A stretch of 64,000 nt of DNA, from contig CAVVYZ010000020.1 of NCBI GenBank assembly GCA_963752595.1, positions 64,001 through 128,000 of the forward strand. Direction: 5' to 3'. A program made the translations under genes and the position numbers. Every line of letters begins with the position of its first letter. Within the stretch, counting starts at the first letter, position 1. The notes under the pieces were generated by a model. It had not been told where the DNA came from and did no database searches. It worked only from the letters and a program-made list of their open reading frames with translations. The DNA comes from an uncultured delta proteobacterium. Its GTDB lineage: Bacteria > Desulfobacterota > Desulfomonilia > UBA1062. This document shows positions 20,681 through 31,853 of this stretch, piece after piece.

Positions 20681-21673
20681 ATGGGCCAGATATTAAGCCA
20701 GGAAGAAGTCGATGCCCTGTTGAAGGGTGTCGTCGGCGGAGAAATCGAGACCGAGACAGATGCCCCGGATTTGTTGGAGCCCGGGGATTACCACAAGTTC
20801 GATTTTACCGCCCAGGACAAGGTCATCCGCGGCAGGATGCCCACTCTGGACGCCATCAATGACAGGTTCGCCCGGTTTTTCAGGACAACCCTCTCCAGCA
20901 TGCTCAGGCGTATGATCGACGTTACCCCGGTATCCCTGGATACGCTGAAGTTCGGGAACTTCATGCGATCGCTGCCGGTCCCTTCGAGCATCCACATCAT
21001 CCACATGGAGCCTCTGCGGGGCAATGCCCTGATCGTGCTTGAGACAAAGCTCGTATTCGCCCTCATCGACAGCTTCTTCGGGGGAAGGGGAGCCGGCGCC
21101 ATGAAGGTGGAAGGAAGGGAATTCACCCCCATCGAGCAGCGCATGCTCTACAAGGTCGTATCTGCGGCTATCAAGGAACTGGAGAATTCATGGCAGCCTG
21201 TCTTCGAGCTCAATTTAGCCTATGTCAGAGGCGAGATGAATCCCCAGTTCGCCGGGATCATCCCCGCTGAGGACGTCCTGATCGTGGTCCAGTTCGATAT
21301 CGAGATGGAGGAGATGAGCGGAAACATCATGGTCTGCATCCCCTATATGCTCATCGAGCCTATCCGCGACAGGCTCTATGCCGGGTTCCATACCGAGGAA
21401 AAGATGAGCGTGGACACTGCATGGGTCAACCGGCTCAAACACGAGCTCCTGGGAGTAAACGTGGATCTGTCCGTCGAGCTCGGCAAAACGAACATCACTT
21501 CCCGGGATCTTTCCTCCCTGAAAGCGGGAGACGTCCTGGTGCTCGAAAAAGACATATCAGACGTGATGACCGTGATGGTGCAGGATCTGCCCAAGTTCAT
21601 CGCACGGCCGGGAAAGATAAAAGATAATCTGGCAATTGATATCGTAGGGTTAATTGACAGGCAGCTTTATTAA
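20681..21673 (+). CDS. fliM: flagellar motor switch protein
   Basis: LSQEEVDALL CheY-binding peptide; GREFTPIE. Confidence 0.96.
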   Translation: MGQILSQEEVDALLKGVVGGEIETETDAPDLLEPGDYHKFDFTAQDKVIRGRMPTLDAINDRFARFFRTTLSSMLRRMIDVTPVSLDTLKFGNFMRSLPVPSSIHIIHMEPLRGNALIVLETKLVFALIDSFFGGRGAGAMKVEGREFTPIEQRMLYKVVSAAIKELENSWQPVFELNLAYVRGEMNPQFAGIIPAEDVLIVVQFDIEMEEMSGNIMVCIPYMLIEPIRDRLYAGFHTEEKMSVDTAWVNRLKHELLGVNVDLSVELGKTNITSRDLSSLKAGDVLVLEKDISDVMTVMVQDLPKFIARPGKIKDNLAIDIVGLIDRQLY

Positions 21674-21705
21674 AGAGGAATCCATGGGTGAGAGGAGAAA
21701 AATCC

Positions 21706-22209
21706 ATGAGTGAAAAACAAGAAGTGGGTGGGAGCGAGCTCTCCCAGGATGATATCGACAGACTCATGAGCGGCAATGCTGACAGCGCGGGCAGTGAAAA
21801 CGGCAAGGATCCAGGCCAGGATAAGCTCGCGGAGGAATGGGCCAGGGCACTGGATTCAGGTGAAGAAATCCAGGAAGGAAAACCCCTGGGCAGGCCTGCG
21901 GAAAAGGCAAATTTCGAGGAGCTCCGCCAGAGCAAATCCTTAGGGAATACATCGGATCTGGACTTCATTCTCGATATCCCGCTTGAGGTCACCGTCGAGA
22001 TGGGCAGGACCAAGATGCTCATAAATGATCTCCTCCAACTCGGCCAGGGCTCGGTAATCGAGCTGAACCGGCTTGCCGGGGAACCGCTCGACATCCTCGT
22101 GAACAACAAGCTCGTTGCCCGGGGCGAGGTGGTCGTGGTGGGCGAGAAGTTCGGGATCCGGCTCACCGATATCGTAAGCCCCATGGAAAGGGTGAAGAGA
22201 CTGCGATGA
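21706..22209 (+). CDS. fliN: flagellar motor switch protein
   Basis: LDIPLEVTVEMG, ARGEVVVV..FGIRLT. Confidence 0.95.
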   Translation: MSEKQEVGGSELSQDDIDRLMSGNADSAGSENGKDPGQDKLAEEWARALDSGEEIQEGKPLGRPAEKANFEELRQSKSLGNTSDLDFILDIPLEVTVEMGRTKMLINDLLQLGQGSVIELNRLAGEPLDILVNNKLVARGEVVVVGEKFGIRLTDIVSPMERVKRLR

Positions 22210-22589
22210 GCACAACCAGAAAGCTGCTATCGGTAATCTGTTTCCTGCTTTACCCGATGGTGAATGCGGGAGCGGCAAATGCTGCCCCGGCAACAGGTGT
22301 CGGTTTCCAGACGTTTGCCGTTCTCACCGGTGCGATCATAGCCTTGTTCGCCCTTGCATGGGCGGCCAGGAAATATGGTCCGTATGCCAGGGTGAAAAAG
22401 GCGCTGGGCCTGGATGTCGTGGGCCAGGTGCCTGTGGGGATAAAGGCGAATATCACGCTCGTCCGCGTAGGGAAATCCATGCTCCTGCTGGGAGTAACCC
22501 AGAACCGGGTCTGTCTCATCAAGGACCTCGGAGAAGGGGATTTTGAGAAGGCTATCACAGACGCAGAGTTTCCCGGGGGATTAAAATAA
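22206..22589 (+). CDS. fliO: flagellar biogenesis protein
   Basis: TM followed by LVRVG...LLGVT; between fliN and fliP. Confidence 0.8.
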   Translation: MSTTRKLLSVICFLLYPMVNAGAANAAPATGVGFQTFAVLTGAIIALFALAWAARKYGPYARVKKALGLDVVGQVPVGIKANITLVRVGKSMLLLGVTQNRVCLIKDLGEGDFEKAITDAEFPGGLK

Positions 22590-23344
22590 TGGAGAAGTTT
22601 TGCCGTGCAGCCTTGATGATCTTCATCCTTGTCGGAATAACGACCGATGCACTCTGTGCCCAGGGAGTCATTGTTCCGAATGTAAGCTTCGGCGTGAAAG
22701 AGGTCAAGAACCCGGATGACGTAGTGGGCGTTCTCCAGGTCGTCTTCCTGCTCACCATTCTCGCTCTGGCTCCTTCAATCCTGATCATGGTGACGTCTTT
22801 TACAAGGATAATCGTGGTGCTGGGATTCCTCCGTCAGGCACTGGGCACGCAGCAGATGCCGCCCATGCAGGTACTTACGGCACTCGCCATTTTTTTGACG
22901 TTCTTCATCATGTCTCCTACCATAGAAAAGATCAACGACCAGGCGCTGGTTCCCTACCAGAACGGAATCATCCCGTTTTCACAGGCTCTGAAAAATGCTG
23001 AAACCCCGATCCGGGAGTTCATGTTCAAACAGACGAGGCAGGATGACCTCGCCCTTTTCTTAACGATCATCAAACATGACAAGCCCATGAACAAGGACGA
23101 CGTCCCCACTCGCGCACTCATCCCGGCATTCATGATTTCCGAGCTCAAGACCGCGTTCCAGATAGGCTTTATCCTGTTCGTCCCGTTTCTCATCGTTGAT
23201 ATGGTGGTGGCATCCGTCCTTTTATCGATGGGCATGATGATGCTGCCGCCCATCATGATTTCTTTGCCGTTCAAGATCATGCTCTTTGTCATGGTAGACG
23301 GATGGAACCTGCTGGTGGGCTCCATCGTAAAGGGGTTTGTCTAG
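22589..23344 (+). CDS. fliP: flagellar export gate protein
   Basis: TSFTRI, PAFMISELKTAFQIGF, GMMMLPP. Confidence 0.96.
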   Translation: MEKFCRAALMIFILVGITTDALCAQGVIVPNVSFGVKEVKNPDDVVGVLQVVFLLTILALAPSILIMVTSFTRIIVVLGFLRQALGTQQMPPMQVLTALAIFLTFFIMSPTIEKINDQALVPYQNGIIPFSQALKNAETPIREFMFKQTRQDDLALFLTIIKHDKPMNKDDVPTRALIPAFMISELKTAFQIGFILFVPFLIVDMVVASVLLSMGMMMLPPIMISLPFKIMLFVMVDGWNLLVGSIVKGFV

Positions 23345-23614
23345 ATGACACCTGAAACGGTTACTTCCCTCATGGCCGAGGCTATCAAACTGACGCTTAT
23401 TGTAGGTGCTCCCATGCTGCTTGTCGGCCTGGTCGTGGGACTTGCGATCAGCGTATTCTCCGCAGTCACTCAGATTCAGGAGATGACGCTCACATTCGTG
23501 CCCAAGATCGTTGCCGTGTACCTGGCCCTGCTCTTCACCCTGCCGTGGATGATCGAGAAACTCACCACCTACACGGTCAATCTCTTTACGAACATCCCTA
23601 CAATGATCCGATGA
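23345..23614 (+). CDS. fliQ: flagellar export gate protein
   Basis: TQIQEMTLTFVPK. Confidence 0.95.
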   Translation: MTPETVTSLMAEAIKLTLIVGAPMLLVGLVVGLAISVFSAVTQIQEMTLTFVPKIVAVYLALLFTLPWMIEKLTTYTVNLFTNIPTMIR

Positions 23615-24393
23615 ATGAGCTGCTGAATTTCGCCTGGAAGGATATCCTCACCTTTCTCTTCATCTTCGTGAGGATCGGGATCATCTTTGCCCTGATACCC
23701 TTCTTCAGCGGGGAGATCGTGCCCAGAAGGGTCACTGCGATCATTGCATTCTTCCTTGCACTCGTGATTCTGCCCGTGGTGCCTAAGATCGGTATCGATG
23801 CGAACAACCTCAATGTCCTGACCCTGACGGTCCTGCTTATCCATGATCTCATGATCGGGCTCTGCCTGGGTCTTGCGGTCAGTGTGATTTTTGCAGGTGT
23901 CCAGCTGGCGGGCGAGCTCATCGGTTTTCAGATGGGGTTTTCCATGGTCAACGTGATTGACCCCATGACCGGCGTCGATGCCCCGATTACTTCCAACCTG
24001 CTCTATATTGTTGCCTTTCTCCTCTTTCTTTCCCTGGGCGGTCACCATATGCTCATCAAAGCACTGGTGGAGAGCTTTTCTGTCATGCCGGTCAAGGCAG
24101 CGCTCCCTCAGCAGGCTTACCTCGCTGCAGTCATCTCGTACGCTGCGCAAATTTTCGTGATCGGGATCAAGGTGGCATCCCCGGTGATCGGTGTCCTGCT
24201 CCTCATCAACGTCGTTTTTGCCATCACTGCAAGGGCAGTACCGCAGATGAACGTCTTCCTCATGTCATTTCCCTTGACCATAGGAATCGGACTTATCTTC
24301 CTGATCGTCATTATAAAAATGATGCCCGGATTTATCTCATTCGCCATGAACGGCGCCATGGCATTCATCAAAGCGACCCTGCCGCTCTACTGA
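23611..24393 (+). CDS. fliR: flagellar export gate protein
   Basis: AGELIGFQMGF, PQMNVF. Confidence 0.95.
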   Translation: MNELLNFAWKDILTFLFIFVRIGIIFALIPFFSGEIVPRRVTAIIAFFLALVILPVVPKIGIDANNLNVLTLTVLLIHDLMIGLCLGLAVSVIFAGVQLAGELIGFQMGFSMVNVIDPMTGVDAPITSNLLYIVAFLLFLSLGGHHMLIKALVESFSVMPVKAALPQQAYLAAVISYAAQIFVIGIKVASPVIGVLLLINVVFAITARAVPQMNVFLMSFPLTIGIGLIFLIVIIKMMPGFISFAMNGAMAFIKATLPLY

Positions 24394-24505
24394 CCGGAGC
24401 CGTGGGAACGGATTGATTTTTTCCAACCGAAGAGTATTCTCCTCTGACAGGGTTCTGAACAATTCATGCATATCGGTCCGGGAAGTAGTATTCCAGGAGG
24501 ATAAA

Positions 24506-25216
24506 ATGAAGAGATACCATCTTTTCTTGGCTTTTTTGATAATTCCGGCGGTATTCGTTTCCTGCGCTTTTCACAGGGCAAAACCTCTGGAAGCTCATTT
24601 CTGGGGAAGGAAAAATCTGAATATCGGCGTTGCCCTGGCAAGAGTACCTGAACCAAGCATAAGAGTCGAGAGCGCAACTACGGCATGGCCGGGTATGTTG
24701 AGAACCGGAATCCTGGTCAGGGGCAATAGAGAGCATGAGGATCGCGGGATACATCCGCAACTAAAGTCAGAGGCAAGAACCCTTGAAGGGTATCTCAAGA
24801 AGAATGACGGCAAGGTCGTTAAGGAAGTGCAGGGATATTTCGTGAAAGTTCTGCAAGATGCGGGGTGGAGAGCAGTTGCCATAGACGAGCCGATGAAAGA
24901 AATCGATCCCGCAGCCCAGAACCTGAAAGGTCTCGATGCAGTCATCATACTCGATTGTGACTGGTACGGAATGGATTGCCATTATACCGATCTCAATCAG
25001 GATTTCACCGATGCAGACGCCGGCATCACAGGCCGGATGGTTGACCTCGCATCGAATGCCCTTCTCTGGCAGAGTCCGCACGTGAGGATACGAAACCCGG
25101 TATCCTGCAGGTGCAACGAAGCTGACTGCTTCCCTCCCATCGACAATGCCCTGGAAAAGGCTGTGGGCGATGCAGCTGCCGTCCTGCTCAAAGACCTTAT
25201 CAGGAATCGCCCGTAA
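24506..25216 (+). CDS. hypothetical lipoprotein
   Basis: GGAGG RBS, signal peptide with FVSC lipobox; Cys-rich C-terminus. Confidence 0.6.
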   Translation: MKRYHLFLAFLIIPAVFVSCAFHRAKPLEAHFWGRKNLNIGVALARVPEPSIRVESATTAWPGMLRTGILVRGNREHEDRGIHPQLKSEARTLEGYLKKNDGKVVKEVQGYFVKVLQDAGWRAVAIDEPMKEIDPAAQNLKGLDAVIILDCDWYGMDCHYTDLNQDFTDADAGITGRMVDLASNALLWQSPHVRIRNPVSCRCNEADCFPPIDNALEKAVGDAAAVLLKDLIRNRP

Positions 25217-25308
25217 CATATTCCAGCGCTTACGGCAGGGAGATTCACTTCGAAGAAGGCAACCTCGTTCTTGATTTTTCCCTCCTCATGGGAGTATCTC
25301 TACTCCAT

Positions 25309-25666
25309 TATGGAAGAGATCGTGCTGAAGAACGGGGTGAGGATGGTTGTCGAAGACAAGACCTGTGTCCTCACGGGCGACCTGTACATGGTGCACTTCG
25401 AGTTCACTACCTATGTGGACCTGGGTGATGAAGACGCAGAGCTGAAGAGTTTCTGTCAGGGCACACAGGCGAAGCTGACCAGGGTTTTTAAGAAACCCGC
25501 CATTCATGAACGTGATGTCGATGAGGTGAGGGCGAGCATGAAGGCTTCGTTCCTTGCCTCCAACCTGCCGTACATGGAGAATCCGAAATTTGCAGCACGG
25601 TTCAAAGCCAAGCTGCTCAGGGATTTCCAGGAAGCGGAGGAGAAGAAGAACCGGGCTCATGGGTAA
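25309..25666 (+). CDS. hypothetical protein
   Basis: ORF overlapping the mutS start; start approximate. Confidence 0.55.
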
Positions 25667-28215
25667 TATCACCCCCATGATGCAGCAGTATCTCGATATC
25701 AAGAAAGATTACCAGGATACCATTCTCTTTTATCGCATGGGCGATTTCTACGAGATGTTTTATGACGACGCCCTCACTGCATCCAGGATTTTAGGCCTTG
25801 CGCTGACTACCCGGGACAAGGGAAAGGAAAACCCCATTCCCATGTGCGGGGTCCCGTATCACAGCGCAAGCTCCTACATATCCCGCCTCATCAGGCAGGG
25901 GATTAAAGTGGCTGTCTGCGAGCAGGGAGAGATGTCCGGCAACGTAAAGGGTCTCGTGCACCGGGAGGTGGTGCAGGTCATCACGCCCGGGCTCATCGTC
26001 GAGGACGACCACCTCGTGAGCGACAAGCCGAACTACCTCATGGCAATATGCAGGGATGCGAAGAAAGAACGTTACGGCATCGCCTTCATCGATATCTCCA
26101 CCGGAGATTTTCGCGTGACGGAAGTGGATTCGGCCAGGGATTTCCACAGCGAGGTGCACCGCGTATCCCCGAGCGAGGTCATTACCTGGGATTCCGGCAT
26201 CGTCCCGAGCGGGTTCTACCTCACCGTACGGGATGCAGTAATGGGCACCGAGCGGGCAAAGGGCCTCATAGCAGGCCATTTCCACACCGCAGGCATCGAA
26301 GGCCTGGGCCTCAAAGATCACGAACCGGCCCTCATTGCAGCCGCAATGGTGCTCGACTATGTCAGGGATACGCAAAAGGGGACCCTGCCCCATATCACGT
26401 CGATCAGGTTCTACAATCCGGGCAGGTACATGATCCTGGGCGCCAACACCAAGCGCAATCTCGAACTCTTCGATTCCATTTCGGGGGATAAATCGAGCAC
26501 CCTCTTCGGGGTGATGAACCGCACGAACACGTCCATGGGGGCCAGGATGCTCTCCGACTGGATCTCCTTCCCGCTCATGGATATCGCGGAAATAACGGGC
26601 AGGCTCGATGCCGTGGAGGAGATATGCCGCGGCTCAGGCACGGCGGAAGCAATGAGAGGCTTACTTGCGGAGATCCCCGACATGGAGAGGATCGTGGGCA
26701 GGATATCGGCAGGCAGCGCCTCGCCGCGGGACGTCCGGTCGCTGGCCGGAGGCCTGGAAAAGGTCCCTGCCATGAGGACGGTCCTAGAAGATGCCGGGTC
26801 GGATCTCCTCAAAAACCTCCTGAACCGCATGAAGCCGTTGAAAGAGGTGGGCGACAGGATCACCGCCACCATCGTAGCGGATCCGCCCAATAAGATAGGT
26901 GACGGAGGCGTGATTGCCGCCGGTGTCGATGCCGAGCTCGATGAGCTGCAGGCTGCTTCGCAAGGATTCCAGGCAGTGGATCGCCGATCTGGAGGCAAAG
27001 GAGCGCGAGGCAACCGGGATCAATACACTCAAGATAGGCTACAACAGGGTGTTCGGATACTATATCGAGATCTCGAATGCCCATGCCCGCAAGGCCCCGC
27101 AGCAATACATGCGCAAGCAGACGCTCGCCAACGCCGAACGCTTCATTACCCCCGAGCTCAAGGAATACGAGTCCAAGATACTCGGGGCCCAGGACGCCAT
27201 CTCCCGGATCGAGACGAGGATCTTCGCCGGGCTCCTGGATTTCCTCGTGCAGTGGATCCCGGATCTGAAAGAAACCATAACAGCCATTGCCTGTGCCGAC
27301 GTTTTAAGCTCACTTGCCCGGCTCTCCCTGGACCGAGGGTACAGGCGGCCCGAGGTGAAGCAGGGGAGGGAGGTCACCATCCGCTCCGGCAGGCATCCGG
27401 TTGTGGAGCAGGTATTGAAGGCAGGCGAGTTCGTTCCCAATGACTGCCTCTTCGAGGGCGATAAAGACACCATCCATATCATCACCGGCCCCAACATGGC
27501 GGGGAAGTCGACCTATATGCGGCAGATCGCCCTGATCGCCATCATGGCCCAGATGGGATCGTTCGTGCCGGCACGGCAGTCGGGAATAGGGGTTGTGGAC
27601 AGGATCTTCACCAGGATAGGGGCCCTGGATAATTTATCGGCCGGGCAGAGCACCTTCCTTGTCGAAATGAGCGAGACGGCAGAGATTCTCAATAACGCGA
27701 CCGAGAACAGCCTCGTCATCCTCGATGAGATCGGCAGGGGCACCTCCACCTATGACGGGATGTCCCTGGCATGGGCAGTAGCCGAATTCCTCGACAAGAA
27801 GCGGATCAGGACATTTTTTGCCACCCACTACCACGAGCTTGCCGACCTTGCCAGAAGGCACCAGGGGATCAAGAACCTGCACATGGCGGTCGAAGAAAGC
27901 GGCCATGAAGTCATCTTTCTGCGGGAGGTGAGGAGGGGAGCCATCGGCAGGAGCTACGGGATTTACGTGGCCCGGCTCGCCGGTGTGCCTGAAGAAGTGG
28001 TGGAAAATGCAAAAGACATCCTCGGCACCATCGGGAAGAAGGCAAGAACGGTCCCTGCCGCCCGCCATGACATGCCTGTCCAGGGGAGCCTGTTCCACGA
28101 GGCGAACCCGGATGCGAGCACGGACGTGCTCAAGGAGATCAGGGAAGCCGACCTCGAACGCATGACCCCCATCGAAGCACTGAACCTCCTGCACAAGATG
28201 AAAGCAAAGATCTAA
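25659..28215 (+). CDS. mutS: DNA mismatch repair protein MutS (frameshift near 26948)
   Basis: TPMMQQY, GDFYEMF, GPNMAGKST, DEIGRGT, FATHYHEL; two frames. Confidence 0.95.
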
Positions 28216-28276
28216 ATATTTCAAGATTAAAGCTTCCCTTCGATTATTCCGAATACCTTCATATGAGAGGTCGATT

Positions 28277-29509
28277 ATGAATAATGACATGGATACTCGA
28301 GCACTTGCACGTAAAAGCGGGATGCCGTACATCGATATCGGAAAAGCAGTGCCGGACCGCAAATGCGTGGATCTGCTGGGGGAAAACCTCGCAAAGACGT
28401 ACAACAGCATTCCTGTCCGATTTCTCAATGGAGGCATACTGGTAGCCATAGGTGACCCTTCCCAGAAAGACCTGATCGAGAGCCTGAGTACCCATATGGG
28501 AAAGAAGGTGTATCCTGCCCTGGCTGATAAGGATGAGATCCATAGGCTCATAGAAGCCTGCTACACCCCCGGGGCAGTTGTCGATGTGAAGGAAGAGAGA
28601 GGGGCGGAAGCGCTCCACGAAGAGACCAATGGGAGCCGGCTCATATCGGTCATTTCCAACAAGGGCGGGGTAGGGAAGACCCATATTTCAACCAACCTGG
28701 CCAAGGCGATAGCCGACACCGGACACAAGGTCCTGCTCATCGACGCGGACCTGGGCAATGCAGATATCTCCAACAAGCTCGCCTTATTCCCGGAATACAC
28801 CCTCTACGATTTCCTGCTGGGGGATACGTCTCTTGATGACATGATCGAGTATACCCCGTATGGCTTCGACCTCATCGGCGGGAGCTCCGGCGAGTTCAAA
28901 CTCGCGAACATCAACTATGTCCAGCGTACCAAGTTCATCAGAGGCTTCAGGAAGATAAGCGAGAAGTATGATTTCACGATCTTTGACTTAAGTGCCGGGA
29001 TCAGCTCCATTGTCACGGATTTTGCGCTTGCTTCCGACGAGACCCTCATCGTTACCACGCCCCAGGATATTATTGCCGGGTATGCCTGCATAAAGGCTAC
29101 GTTCCAGCGGTTCAAGCAGATCGAAGAATCCCTGATGAACAAGGTGGAATTTTACCAGCCGAGGAAGATCTACAAGCCGTGGGTGATCATGAACCAGGTT
29201 ACGAGCCTGAAACAGGGGCTGTTCCTCTTCAGTAGGATATGCCAGACGACCGACGAGCGTGTAAACAATATGGAAGCAACATTCACGGTCAAGCCGGAGT
29301 ATCTCGGCGGCATCCTCTATGACAGGGAAAATTTCAAAAAAGCCGAGATGGACAGAAAGCCTCTGAGTATCGTTGCACCAAGAGGCAATCCTGCCCAGTG
29401 CATGACATACCTGGGAAGAAATCTCCTCGAAAATCCTGAGCTGAGGAAGTACAAGCAACAGCTGAAGACCGGCTTGGGACGCTTCGCAATGATCTTCGGC
29501 CTCGAGTAG
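28277..29509 (+). CDS. MinD/FlhG-family ATPase with an N-terminal GspE/PilB-like (T2SSE_N) domain
   Basis: N-terminus LARKSGMPYID..IPV..LVAIGDP; KGGVGKT, IDADLG, DLSAG. Confidence 0.75.
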   Translation: MNNDMDTRALARKSGMPYIDIGKAVPDRKCVDLLGENLAKTYNSIPVRFLNGGILVAIGDPSQKDLIESLSTHMGKKVYPALADKDEIHRLIEACYTPGAVVDVKEERGAEALHEETNGSRLISVISNKGGVGKTHISTNLAKAIADTGHKVLLIDADLGNADISNKLALFPEYTLYDFLLGDTSLDDMIEYTPYGFDLIGGSSGEFKLANINYVQRTKFIRGFRKISEKYDFTIFDLSAGISSIVTDFALASDETLIVTTPQDIIAGYACIKATFQRFKQIEESLMNKVEFYQPRKIYKPWVIMNQVTSLKQGLFLFSRICQTTDERVNNMEATFTVKPEYLGGILYDRENFKKAEMDRKPLSIVAPRGNPAQCMTYLGRNLLENPELRKYKQQLKTGLGRFAMIFGLE

Positions 29510-29578
29510 TTTTGACGTTAAGTACTGGTATGCGTTACCGATAAAAACAGTATACCGGATGAGTGAAGGAAGAACAGG

Positions 29579-29767
29579 ATGACGATAACAGAGTACAGAG
29601 CACAATTTGTTGAGAAATGGGATGACGTGAGACCTGTGGTCATCTACTTCGCCGGAGAGAGGTTTGTCGTGGAATACAAGGGCACCTTTGATCCTGTGCT
29701 TACTCCGGTCGTTGCAATGGTTCATTCCTATCTCGGGAATATCTGTCTTACCCAGATCGATAACTGA
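29579..29767 (+). CDS. small hypothetical protein
   Basis: 62-aa ORF with upstream purine-rich RBS. Confidence 0.4.
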   Translation: MTITEYRAQFVEKWDDVRPVVIYFAGERFVVEYKGTFDPVLTPVVAMVHSYLGNICLTQIDN

Positions 29768-29921
29768 TGCCGGTGTTTGGGCTCCGTGCAAACAGTGTTT
29801 CCCATTCTCTAGAAAAAGAAAACGATTATCGATAACATTGGTTTTGCTGAATCGTTTAATGCGTTCCTTTCATCCATTTATCTTGCTTCCGTGCATTCAT
29901 TATTTTATTAATGAGTAATAT

Positions 29922-30603
29922 ATGACGGTTCTCAAAGCATCAGGAGAAAAGAAGGTACTGGTCATCGATGACGATGAGGGAGATTGCTGTCTTGTAGAAG
30001 ATATCCTCAGCGAAGACGGCATAACCGTCGTCAAGGCCATCGGCGGGGAAATGGGGATACGGATCCTTGTCGGAGCAGGAGTTCCCGGTCATCATCACCG
30101 ACCTGCGGATGCCCGATATCGACGGCATGGGCATCATCGATTTCATCCGGAAACGCCAGCTGGATTCCCTGATCATCGTTATCACCGGATTTGCGAGTGT
30201 CGACAGCGTCATCGAAGCCTTGAGAATGGGTGCATATGATTACATCCTGAAACCCTTCGGCGCAGACCTCTTAAGGTTCACCGTCAAACGTGCCTTTGAT
30301 TACATATCCTTGAGGGATGAGCAGGCCAGGCTGAAGTTTTTCGAAATGGTCGCCCAGCTCGCAAGCACTACCGCACATGAGGTATTCCAGCCCCTGACCG
30401 TGATCATGGGCGAGGCAAAGGGGATCGTCAAGGAAACCGGGCACGAGTCCATCCGGGACATGGCCCAGCAGATCCTTGAAGAGGCACGGAAGATCCGGGA
30501 TATAATCCGGAAAATGGATAATCTCCACGAGTATGCGATCAAGACATTCCCCGGCGGATACTCTATCATCGATATCGAGAAAGGGTCTTCCGATCCCCGC
30601 TAG
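29922..30603 (+). CDS. response regulator receiver plus HisKA-like helix (frameshift near 30068)
   Basis: VLVIDDD in frame 1; TDLRMPDIDG, AYDYILKP, AHEVFQPLT in frame 2. Confidence 0.8.
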
Positions 30604-30670
30604 AACAACAGTTTTTTGCCGTTTTGTCTCCGTACTTCCTTTCATGGTCCGATTCATTATATTATCACGT

Positions 30671-31828
30671 ATGAGCAGGAAGAGAGGTATGCTATACCGG
30701 CTTTTCATGGATGTCTTCGGTTTGATGCTTCTTGCCCTCGCTGCGCCTTCTTCAAGTTTTTCCGAAGGACGATCTCTCCCTGCCTGTGCCACCACGGAGT
30801 CTTTGAAAATCGATTTCAACCAGGAGAAGCTCAGTGCCTTCTGCCTTGTCATAGATGCCAGGAGCGAAGGCGAGCAGCAGGCGGATAGAGAAGCGGGAAG
30901 CCTCAAAGGCCCGGCGATCGTTTTTTTCCAGGGCCATGCCCAGAGGCCTTCGGATGCCTATGTGTTCACCTCGGGGCTCGCGTTACATTCCAGGTCCGGG
31001 ATCGTGGTTATCCCGGTGTGCGACACCCCTTATGGAGAGGACACTGCCTGGCGGGGAGACAGGGGCAAGGACGTGATCCTCATGGAGATCGTCAGGTGGA
31101 TGCTTGCAGCACGGGGTATCACGGTTGAAGGCTACTCTCCGCTGCCACACGATCCTGTCCGGATCAATGACAATTATACTGATGACGGGAAATGCCGGGT
31201 TCGCTCGGGGCTGATTGCCGTGGGCTGGTCTCACGGAGGGATCCTGGCAAGGAGGTTCGCCCACGCCTACCCGGCGTCGGTCAGTGCGCTCGGCCAGGTG
31301 TGCCCTGCCGGGTATGAGCATATGAGCCCGCTCAAACTTACCGGCAGGTTCGCCCTGGAATCCTTGAGGATCTCGAAGCTCACCGCATCCGGTCATGCGA
31401 GCGACACTTTACGGTCTGCCTGGGGCTTCACGAAAGGCTTCGTGGGTGACTTTGCCCGGTCGCTTCCCAACGCCGTGCTGTATGCGCAGCCCGAAAAGAT
31501 ATTCAGGACAAGCCGTGATATCAAGGACTGCACCCTCTACAGCGACAGTTCGCTTTTCAGCCTCGGACACCTGAAAGCGATCTCCGTGATCTTCGGCGCG
31601 GAAGATTCCTGCATGAGCCCGGGAAGGATACTGGGGACGGCAGAGCCCGGAATCCCGCCGCAGGAAAAAGCTTCGGCATTCTGGGAAAAATATTATGCCG
31701 ATGTCTCGCCGGACCGCACGAACCTTTCTTTGGCAATCCTGCCCGGTACCCACCTCGCACCTGTTTCCCACAGCGATCTTTATGTACCGAAACTCCTCGA
31801 GAATCTCGACCGGTCAGAGGGGTCTTGA
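30671..31828 (+). CDS. secreted alpha/beta hydrolase
   Basis: GWSHG nucleophile elbow; GTH; signal peptide. Confidence 0.65.
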   Translation: MSRKRGMLYRLFMDVFGLMLLALAAPSSSFSEGRSLPACATTESLKIDFNQEKLSAFCLVIDARSEGEQQADREAGSLKGPAIVFFQGHAQRPSDAYVFTSGLALHSRSGIVVIPVCDTPYGEDTAWRGDRGKDVILMEIVRWMLAARGITVEGYSPLPHDPVRINDNYTDDGKCRVRSGLIAVGWSHGGILARRFAHAYPASVSALGQVCPAGYEHMSPLKLTGRFALESLRISKLTASGHASDTLRSAWGFTKGFVGDFARSLPNAVLYAQPEKIFRTSRDIKDCTLYSDSSLFSLGHLKAISVIFGAEDSCMSPGRILGTAEPGIPPQEKASAFWEKYYADVSPDRTNLSLAILPGTHLAPVSHSDLYVPKLLENLDRSEGS

Positions 31829-31853
31829 TCGGGAAGGAAGGGTTTTTCAGGGT

